Origin: a virus
DNA length: 64,000 nucleotides
Virus record (IMG/VR): IMGVR_UViG_3300009082_000002
Span: 1 to 64,000 of that record
Direction: 5' to 3' (one strand)
Part shown: positions 54,142-61,416 of the stretch, in pieces
How the letters are laid out: the number at the start of each line of letters is the position of its first letter
Position numbering within the stretch: position 1 is the stretch's first letter
Made by a program: the position numbers and the translations under genes
Notes under the pieces: model-generated
Databases searched by the model: none
What the model saw: only the letters and a program-made list of their open reading frames with translations
What the model was told of the DNA's origin: nothing

Positions 54142-55350
54142 ATGCGCGAGACTTACGAAATCCCGGTGAGCCGCTTGGAAGAGCTGAAGGACCGGATGGC
54201 CAAGGTCAACAAGGTCGCCGACAAGCTCGGCTGCGCGCCGGTCAAGCTCTTCGAGGGCGACGAGATCGTCCGCGACCATCCGGAGGACGGGCACAAGCCC
54301 GAGCACCTGCGGCGTAAGGTGAAGTTCATCGCGGTCACCATCGAAGGCGAGACGCCGATGATCGCTGGCTACACCTTCCGGGCAACGCTGCTTCACACCT
54401 ACGGCGAGGAGGCTGGCACCATCATCCTCGCAGTGCCAGGCTACTCGAAGGATCTGCCGCCGCAATACCGCGAGGCCAGCGCGACCTGCGACCATTGCGG
54501 ACACGACCGCAAGCGCAAGAAGACCTACGTCCTTCAACACGAGGACGGCTCCTGGATTCAAGTCGGCTCGACGTGTATCTCGGACTTCCTCGGCGGCGCT
54601 CACGACCCGGACCGCGTGGCGAGTCTCTGCGAGGGTCTGGGCAAGCTGGTCGCGTTCTGTCGCACGGCGGCACGGGAGCCGGGCGATACCGCGGAGCCGA
54701 TCTTCGACCTCGTCGCGTACCTTGCGATCGTGATCGCGGTTGTTCGAGAGCACGGCTGGGTCAGCAAGGCGGTCGCGAGGCGCAGCGCGAGCACGGCGAC
54801 GGTTGCGCGGGTCGACGCCCGCCTCTTCGGCCTGAACACGGATGCTAGCCCTTCCTTCACGGAAGACGACAAGACGCGGGCCGAAGGCATCGCGGCGTGG
54901 ATGGAGAACCTCGGCGAGCGACCGGATCTCAACGACTACATGCACAACCTCTCGGTCATCGGCGCGGCCGGATACGTTGGCCTGAAGACCTCCGCGCTGG
55001 CTGCATCCGCGCCCGCCGCCTTCGCACGGGAGTCGGACGACAGCAAGCCCGCCGAGATCCCGAGTCGTGGCAACGCTTACTTCGGCACGCTGGGCGAGCG
55101 CGAGACCTTCACGCTCACGGTCACGCGGATCGGCACATTTGACGGCCGCTATGGTCGCACCTGGGTCGTCGGCTTCGCGGATGCGGATGGCAACGAGGGA
55201 GTCTGGTTCGCGACCAAGGAGCCGGAGATCGCGCGCGGCGACTGCTGCGCGGTCACGGGCACGGTCAAGAAGCACGGCAGCTTCCGGGGCATCAAACAGA
55301 CCACCCTGGCGCGCTGCAAGGTCGTCGTCGTCAAACGGTGTGCTGCATAG
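54142..55350 (+). CDS. Phage protein with zinc motif and C-terminal OB-fold-like domain
   Basis: CDHCGHDRKRKKTYVL...QVGSTCISDFLG; C-terminal VTGTVKKH...KQTTLARCK. Confidence 0.7.
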   Translation: MRETYEIPVSRLEELKDRMAKVNKVADKLGCAPVKLFEGDEIVRDHPEDGHKPEHLRRKVKFIAVTIEGETPMIAGYTFRATLLHTYGEEAGTIILAVPGYSKDLPPQYREASATCDHCGHDRKRKKTYVLQHEDGSWIQVGSTCISDFLGGAHDPDRVASLCEGLGKLVAFCRTAAREPGDTAEPIFDLVAYLAIVIAVVREHGWVSKAVARRSASTATVARVDARLFGLNTDASPSFTEDDKTRAEGIAAWMENLGERPDLNDYMHNLSVIGAAGYVGLKTSALAASAPAAFARESDDSKPAEIPSRGNAYFGTLGERETFTLTVTRIGTFDGRYGRTWVVGFADADGNEGVWFATKEPEIARGDCCAVTGTVKKHGSFRGIKQTTLARCKVVVVKRCAA

Positions 55351-55366
55351 CAGCCGCAGGAAAACA

Positions 55367-55394
55367 GCGGGGCGGGCGGTACCGCCCGCCCCGC
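55367..55394 (-). terminator. Perfect 28-bp GC palindrome; intrinsic terminator-like on the minus strand
   Basis: GCGGGGCGGGCGGT|ACCGCCCGCCCCGC. The flanking GGAAAACA reads TGTTTTCC after the hairpin on the minus strand. Confidence 0.55.
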
Positions 55395-55409
55395 GCGGGA
55401 GGAGAAGTC

Positions 55410-56081
55410 ATGCCGAGGATCAACACCGTGAAGAAGGCCAGGAAGGATCAGGGCGCCTGCTCGAAGTGCGGCAAGCAGATCGTTGTCGGAAGCCCGTACC
55501 AGTGGATCGCTTTTCGCCACGGTGGGCGCCGCGTGATCTGCGACGGCTGCACGTTTCGCGCCAGCGACCTCACGCAGTCGAAGATGAGCGGCGTCTATGC
55601 CGCGCAGGAGAGCGCGGTTGAAAGCATCGGCAGCTGGGACGGCGAGGACGTGGAAGAACTCCGAGACATCCTTCAGGCCTGCGCGGAAGCGATCCGCGAG
55701 GTGGCGCAGGAGTACCAAGACAGCGCGGACGCGATCCACGATAGTTTTTGCGAGTCCGCCACTGCGGACGAGTGCGAGGAGAAGGCGCAGGAGCTGGAGA
55801 GCTGGGCAGACATGATCGAGGGCACCGAGTTCGATGAGTTCGACGAGGATGAGCACCGGAGCAAGTTGACCGAGGAGTTCGAGGGCTTGGAGCCAGATTA
55901 TGCCTGCGAGGCGTGCAATGGCGTCGGGCATGACGTGGCCGGCGCGGGGTGCCAGGCGTGCGGCGGTACCGGGAACACCATCGCCGCAGAGATCGAGGAC
56001 CGGCTGGAGAAGATGAAAGCCGACTGGGTCCAGGAGCAGTGCGACGAGGCGTCCAGCGTCCTGGAAGATTGCCCCTGCTAG
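55410..56081 (+). CDS. Acidic zinc-binding hypothetical protein
   Basis: CSKCG...CDGC; CEACNGVG...CQACGGTG. Confidence 0.7.
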   Translation: MPRINTVKKARKDQGACSKCGKQIVVGSPYQWIAFRHGGRRVICDGCTFRASDLTQSKMSGVYAAQESAVESIGSWDGEDVEELRDILQACAEAIREVAQEYQDSADAIHDSFCESATADECEEKAQELESWADMIEGTEFDEFDEDEHRSKLTEEFEGLEPDYACEACNGVGHDVAGAGCQACGGTGNTIAAEIEDRLEKMKADWVQEQCDEASSVLEDCPC

Positions 56082-56107
56082 CGCAGGGCGCGGAAGGAGA
56101 CTGGAAG

Positions 56108-56377
56108 TTGACGAGCGGGACAGACAAAGTCATCGAGGCCCTCGCGGACATGGCCAACGGCGCGCGCACTGTGTACACGCCGCAGGCCAAGCAGATCGCT
56201 TCAGCAATGCGGAGCCTTGTTGGCCGCTGTTGCTGCAGCGGGACGGACCGGGCGCAGCTCGACAAGCTCGCGGACGCGGCCGAGCCGATGATCATCATGC
56301 TCGCGCAGAAGATCGCAGCCGATGCTCTGGCGCTGGCAGAGGCCGTCGTCGAGCGCGGCGAGGTTGAAGAGAACTGA
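56108..56377 (+). CDS. Hypothetical protein
   Basis: AAGGAG RBS, TTG start. Confidence 0.5.
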   Translation: MTSGTDKVIEALADMANGARTVYTPQAKQIASAMRSLVGRCCCSGTDRAQLDKLADAAEPMIIMLAQKIAADALALAEAVVERGEVEEN

Positions 56378-56790
56378 TGCCGGAAGGCGAGGAGGATGGA
56401 AGGATGATCACGAGCATCGACAGACGGGCATGCAAATTGATTATGCAGGAGTGTGGCGAAGCGTTGACCGCGGTCGCGGCGCGGCACGGCCTCAACCTCA
56501 CCAAGCGTCCCGGTCGCTTCACCAACGCGATGATGACCTTCAAGTGCGAGTTCGTGGTTCAGAACGAGGAAGGCATCCCGGCTGACTTCATCGCGCACGC
56601 CAACCGCTTCGGGCTTCGCGCAACGGACCACGGGCGCGAGTTCAAAATGATGGGTGGTGCAATCGCCATCCTGGTCGGTATCAACCCGCACGCCAAGAAG
56701 TATCCGATGATCGGCGAGCGGCGCAGCGACGGCCAGCGCTTCCGCTTCTCCGCACACTTCATTCGCGAGCAGTTCGCCAGTCCAGAGTAG
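56377..56790 (+). CDS. Hypothetical protein
   Basis: Coupled; alternative ATG at 56404. Confidence 0.65.
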   Translation: MPEGEEDGRMITSIDRRACKLIMQECGEALTAVAARHGLNLTKRPGRFTNAMMTFKCEFVVQNEEGIPADFIAHANRFGLRATDHGREFKMMGGAIAILVGINPHAKKYPMIGERRSDGQRFRFSAHFIREQFASPE

Positions 56791-56842
56791 CTCACCGGCC
56801 CTAGCCGCTGGTTAGCGTCCTGCCAGCTAGCGGCCCCCACGC

Positions 56843-56868
56843 AGGCCAGCCCTCGGGCTGGCCTTTCT
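56843..56868 (+). terminator. Intrinsic terminator between convergent genes
   Basis: AGGCCAGCCC-TC-GGGCTGGCCT followed by TTCT; a second hairpin lies at about 56805-56834. Confidence 0.75.
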
Positions 56869-56916
56869 ATGTGCGGACCAGGCTTGACCAGGGCGCGCCA
56901 GGCGCGCGAACCGGGT

Positions 56917-57306
56917 CTAGGCTGGACGCTTGCGCGTGACGAGGCGTGTGCGCTCCCTGGCGCGCTCCGGTTGGCTGGCTTGTCCTGCGCTGGCGTGAGT
57001 GCCCCCCGCGGCTTCGGTTTTCCGGTGGAGCTTCCGCAAGTACTCCTGCCAGCGGTCATACACGCGCTGGCAGTCGCGGTCGACGAAAGTTGCGAAGGGG
57101 ACTTTGATCTTCTTGCCGGTGCTCGGGTCGCTGACGATGAGATCGTAGGATGTAAGGATGCGGACGTTGAGCATCGCGCCGCTGACCAGCCGCGAGAGGT
57201 TGAAGAAGTACCAGTGCTGGACGTCAGGCGTCAGCCAGCGTCCGTCCGACGTCTGACAGCACTTGGCTTCCTGTACGAGCGGAAGATCGAACCCGAGGTC
57301 CTTCAT
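56917..57306 (-). CDS. Hypothetical protein
   Basis: GGAGGGGAGG RBS before the ATG at 57306 (MKDLGFDLPLV...). Confidence 0.6.
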   Translation of the reverse strand: MKDLGFDLPLVQEAKCCQTSDGRWLTPDVQHWYFFNLSRLVSGAMLNVRILTSYDLIVSDPSTGKKIKVPFATFVDRDCQRVYDRWQEYLRKLHRKTEAAGGTHASAGQASQPERARERTRLVTRKRPA

Positions 57307-57494
57307 CGCGCCTCCCCTCCGATCAGGTTGCGTGCAAGCCGATCCGCGCCGGGCCCCATTCTCAATTTGCACGTTGACGGCGAGTGCAGCAGGCGCACCA
57401 GACATTCCTTGCGTCTGGTCCGAGCCTGAACTTTCATCGCAGGCCTCCGGCGGATAGTTCGCGAACTGCGAGCCGCACGAACGATAGAAGGGAC

Positions 57495-57524
57495 TTGCGC
57501 GGCTCGGCGCGTCCCGTCTATACT
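57495..57524 (+). promoter_or_regulatory. Putative promoter of the packaging/head operon
   Basis: TTGCGC, 18 nt, TATACT. Confidence 0.45.
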
Positions 57525-57560
57525 TGCTGGCGAGATGCGCCAGGAGGTTCGGATGTTCTG

Positions 57561-57660
57561 GTCTGGGTGGGTCGACGTGGTACGGTCGAGATCAGGGACA
57601 AGTTCCCCCCCCTTGGCTTTGGTCGAAGCCGTGTCGGCCCACCCGCTTTCTCACCTAGAC
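57561..57660 (+). other. Structured 5' leader RNA with alternative pairings
   Basis: 57565-57580 pairs with 57629-57644 (16 bp, 3 G-U); 57561-57569 can alternatively pair with 57652-57660. Confidence 0.5.
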
Positions 57661-57682
57661 AAGAGACGAGGGAGCGTGCTAC

Positions 57683-58099
57683 ATGGGCGAGCGTGAGTAC
57701 ACCGACGCTGATCTCGGACTCGATTTCATCACCAGCCGCCGAGGCGCGACTGACCTCCGCGAGCTGGTGGTTGTCGGCTTCACAAAACAGGGTGCCGCAA
57801 TCAAGCAACTCGGACGGGACGTCGAGCGCCTGGAGAGCGTGATGGTAACCGACGAGTCCTGCAAGGTGCGCATTCTGCAATTAGCAGCGGATGTCGGCAA
57901 AGTGGTCAAAGCCGAGACGAAGGAAGCGATCCAACAGGCAACCAGAGCAGCGGTCATGGATGCTACCACGGAGGCGGTGCGCAGGTCGAACGGATACAAG
58001 CCGTTCTGGCCGGTCGATGCGCGCGGCTGGTTAGCGCTCGCAGTCATGTTCGTCACCTTCCTCGGCTGGGTCGGTGCCAACGTCCTGCTCCTGAAGTAG
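57683..58099 (+). CDS. Coiled-coil protein with C-terminal TM helix (holin-like candidate)
   Basis: GAGGGAG RBS; WLALAVMFVTFLGWVGANVLLLK. Confidence 0.6.
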   Translation: MGEREYTDADLGLDFITSRRGATDLRELVVVGFTKQGAAIKQLGRDVERLESVMVTDESCKVRILQLAADVGKVVKAETKEAIQQATRAAVMDATTEAVRRSNGYKPFWPVDARGWLALAVMFVTFLGWVGANVLLLK

Positions 58100-58120
58100 C
58101 GCGCGCCTCGGGGGGTGTCG

Positions 58121-59569
58121 ATGGCCAGTGCGTCAGCTAAAGCGATCCGTGTCGACGAGAAGGAAGAGCTCGTCCGCGCCTTTGGCGAGTATGAGGCCAT
58201 CTCCAATGAGACCCTACGACGCGAGATTCTGCTCAACAGCCGATTCGACCTGCTCGCGGAATACGTGCTTGGCATCGAGCTGGAGCAAGTCCACCGTGAG
58301 CTGATCGCATACGCGCTCGAACACCCGGAGTCTCTGCACCTTGCCTTCCGTGGTTGCGGGAAGACGACTTCCTTCGTCTGCGTGTACATTGTCGGCCGCT
58401 TGCTTCAGAACCCGGAGCTTTGTATCCTGATCGCATCGCGCGCCGGACAGTACGCCAAGGCGATCTTGAAAGAGGTCAAGGGCCACCTAGTCAGCGAGCG
58501 GCTGGTCAGGATCTTCGGCGAGCAGATTGGCGAGAAGTGGGAAGAGACCGAGATCGTCGTCGGGCGAAAGAAGCGAAATACGAAGGAAGCCTCGGTCACG
58601 GCGCTCGGCGCCGAGGGCTCGATGACCGGTCGGCACTTCGACATCATCTTCTTCGACGATGGCGTGGACTTGGCGAACAGCCGCACGCGTGGCCAGCGCG
58701 AGAAGATCAAGGAATTCTACTACACGACTCTCGACCCGTGCCTGAAGCCGGGTGGAGAGCGCAAGGTCGTCGGCACACGCTACCATCCGCACGACCTCTA
58801 TGGCTGGCTCTCCGCTCACGAGTACAAAGGTTGTGCGCAGATCCTTCCGGCCCTGCACGAGGTCCGCGATGGCGGCGGATCGGTCACATACTACTCCAGC
58901 GCGCCAAAGCGCTTCACAGTCGAGTACCTCCTGGGCAAGCGATCCACGATCCCGACCTTCTCGTGGGTCACGCAGTTCCAGTGCACGGCGGAGCGGTTCC
59001 AGGGCAAGGTCTTCAAGCCGGAGTACTTCGAGGCCGAGGGCTTCTTCTTCACCGGCCCATTGCCGACCGGCCCTCTCTTCCAGTCCGTCGACCCTGCCGT
59101 GACCGAGGACACAAAGAATGACTACTTCGCCCACATGACTGGCGTCGCTGATCACGAGGGCCACGTATGGGTCGACGTCTTCCACAACATCCGTATCGAG
59201 TTTCCGAAGCAATCGCAGTTTTGCCACGATGAATTTGAGGCGCGCGATCCGGTGCGACTTGGTATCGAGAGCAACGCATACCAGAAGGCGCTCGGCCAGC
59301 AAATTGTCGCCGACTACCCGGACCTCAAGGGCAAGGTGATCGGCGTTCCGACCGACAAGGACAAGATGACTCGGGCCCTGAAGTTGACAGCCTATTTTGA
59401 GGCGGGCAGAATCCACTTCAGACCGGAGCACAAGGAACTCGTCGAGCAACTGCTGGAGTTCCCGGACGGAGAACACGATGATCTTTTCGACGCCCTGTAT
59501 CTGCTAGTCTTGCTCGGGACGCGGATGCGGGTGAAGAAGAAGCGGCGCAAAGAGCCGGGCGTCCTTTGA
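58121..59569 (+). CDS. terL: Terminase large subunit
   Basis: FRGCGKTT; GRHFDIIFFDD; VVGTRYHPHDLYG; SVDPA; EFPDGEHDDLFDA. Confidence 0.93.
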   Translation: MASASAKAIRVDEKEELVRAFGEYEAISNETLRREILLNSRFDLLAEYVLGIELEQVHRELIAYALEHPESLHLAFRGCGKTTSFVCVYIVGRLLQNPELCILIASRAGQYAKAILKEVKGHLVSERLVRIFGEQIGEKWEETEIVVGRKKRNTKEASVTALGAEGSMTGRHFDIIFFDDGVDLANSRTRGQREKIKEFYYTTLDPCLKPGGERKVVGTRYHPHDLYGWLSAHEYKGCAQILPALHEVRDGGGSVTYYSSAPKRFTVEYLLGKRSTIPTFSWVTQFQCTAERFQGKVFKPEYFEAEGFFFTGPLPTGPLFQSVDPAVTEDTKNDYFAHMTGVADHEGHVWVDVFHNIRIEFPKQSQFCHDEFEARDPVRLGIESNAYQKALGQQIVADYPDLKGKVIGVPTDKDKMTRALKLTAYFEAGRIHFRPEHKELVEQLLEFPDGEHDDLFDALYLLVLLGTRMRVKKKRRKEPGVL

Positions 59570-59580
59570 AGGGAGCAGGC

Positions 59581-61407
59581 ATGGCAGATCAGAAGGTGGT
59601 GAGGATGCGACGGCGCCCGGTCGTGGGCTCCGCGAAGTCTTCTCCCAGCGACGCAGTCGAGAGCGGTGCAGTTCACATCGTGGACCACGCGTCTCGAGCT
59701 GTCGTCAAGGCGCTGGTGATCGAGGCCGACGCGGAGAAGGTGCCGGTGCCGACGTCCCAGGTCATGCCCGACGATCCCTTTCAGTCGCTCCTCGACAACC
59801 GTCAGATCCTCGCGCCGCCACTCGACCCGCGGCTGCTCGCGTCGCTGTGGGAGTACAACTCCCACCTCGGCCCGTGCATCGCGACGATGATGGTCAACTG
59901 CGAGAGCTTCGGCTATCAGTTCGAGCCTCGCATCCGCGTCAACGAGGACACGTCGAAGGCGGTGCGCCAGCGCATCGAAGAGGAGCGCCTCATCCTCGAC
60001 AACTTCTTCGGCAACTGCGTGATCGAGGGCGACGACAGCTTCACCGGTCTACGGATGCGGAAGCGGCAAGACGAGGAGGCCATCGGCTTCGCGGCGTGGG
60101 AGGTCATCGAGGTCAACGGCGACCTTCTCGGCTTCAACTACATGCCAGCTCATACCGTCCGGCTGACGGGGCTCGACGAAAAGCGGGTCCGTATCGGGCG
60201 CAAGCTCCTCGTCCGCGGGGCCAGCGGTGTCTTCTCCTACGTCGAGCGACCGGTCTGGCGGCGGTTCCGCAAGTTCGTCCAGGTGCGCGGGACCAAGATG
60301 AGGTGGTTCAAGGAGTACGGCGACCCGCGCATGATGAACGCGGACTCTGGCGAGTACGTCGACGACCCCGCCAAGCTCCCGGTTCACAAGCGGGCCAACT
60401 CCGTCCTCTTCTTCGCGCTGCCCGCGCCGCGCACGCCATACGGCATCCCGCGCTACATCGGCAATCTTCTCGGGGTCTACGGCTCGCGCGCGACCGACGA
60501 GATCAACTTCTTCACCTTCGAGAGCAACAACGTGCCGTCGATGGTCGTGATGGTCAGCAACGGGATGCTGACCGAGGGCTCGGTGGATCGGATTCAGAAG
60601 TTCGTTGAAGCGCAGGCCAACGGCCAGCGGAACTACAGCCGCTTTCTCATCCTCGAAGCGGAGACCGACAGCGAAGGTCTCGGCGACCCGGGCCGCGTCG
60701 CGCTCCATATCGAGCCGCTCACGAATCAGCAGCGGACCGACGCTCTCTTCACCGAGTACAAGAAGCAGTGCAAGTCCGATGTGCGTCAGAGCTTTCGCAT
60801 CCCGGACCTTTTCTTCGGCGAAGCCTCATCGTCTGCCGGAGGCGCGGTCGGCGCGATGGAGATCATGAGAAAGCTCACGGATGAACAGGTCTTCATGCCG
60901 GAGCGCAACGCCTTCGACGACCGCATCAACAAGCTCATCATTCCGGCGCTGGGCGTGGTCTATCTGAAGTTCAAGAGCAACACGCCGGAGACGACGGACA
61001 ACAAGGATCTCATCCGCATTCTCGCAATGGCCGAGAAGTCCGGTGGCGTCACCCCACGGATCGCTCGCGAGGTACTCAACCGCGTGGTCGGGCAGAACCT
61101 CGGCGACGTCACGGATATCGAGCCCGACGTCCCCTTCTCGCTCCAGGTCGCGGAAGCTGCACGCAGTCAAGGCGATCCGCGCACAGCGCTCTCCGTGCCC
61201 GGTACCAACTCGCTCCGCAGGATGGGCGCGACGACCCGCGCCGAGCTAGGGCTGGAGTCCACGGCCAAGGCGGAGGACGGCGACGAACCGTGGGAAGGCG
61301 AGGCCGTCATCGCAAGCCTCGGCTTGCTCCACAACAAGATCGCCGAGGAGCAAGCTCGCCGCGCTGGCAAGATGGTCAAGCGCGAGCGGCCGAAGCCCGT
61401 CGAGTAG
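59581..61407 (+). CDS. Portal protein (PBSX-like)
   Basis: Directly follows terL; TPYGIPRYIG; FFTFESNNVPSMVVMV; VRQSFRIPDLFFG. Confidence 0.88.
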   Translation: MADQKVVRMRRRPVVGSAKSSPSDAVESGAVHIVDHASRAVVKALVIEADAEKVPVPTSQVMPDDPFQSLLDNRQILAPPLDPRLLASLWEYNSHLGPCIATMMVNCESFGYQFEPRIRVNEDTSKAVRQRIEEERLILDNFFGNCVIEGDDSFTGLRMRKRQDEEAIGFAAWEVIEVNGDLLGFNYMPAHTVRLTGLDEKRVRIGRKLLVRGASGVFSYVERPVWRRFRKFVQVRGTKMRWFKEYGDPRMMNADSGEYVDDPAKLPVHKRANSVLFFALPAPRTPYGIPRYIGNLLGVYGSRATDEINFFTFESNNVPSMVVMVSNGMLTEGSVDRIQKFVEAQANGQRNYSRFLILEAETDSEGLGDPGRVALHIEPLTNQQRTDALFTEYKKQCKSDVRQSFRIPDLFFGEASSSAGGAVGAMEIMRKLTDEQVFMPERNAFDDRINKLIIPALGVVYLKFKSNTPETTDNKDLIRILAMAEKSGGVTPRIAREVLNRVVGQNLGDVTDIEPDVPFSLQVAEAARSQGDPRTALSVPGTNSLRRMGATTRAELGLESTAKAEDGDEPWEGEAVIASLGLLHNKIAEEQARRAGKMVKRERPKPVE

Positions 61408-61416
61408 GATCGAAGG

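Noticed and set aside
56790-57682. tRNA or tmRNA genes in intergenic hairpins
   Set aside because: No cloverleaf, GTTCRA T-loop in the correct context, or CCA end was found.
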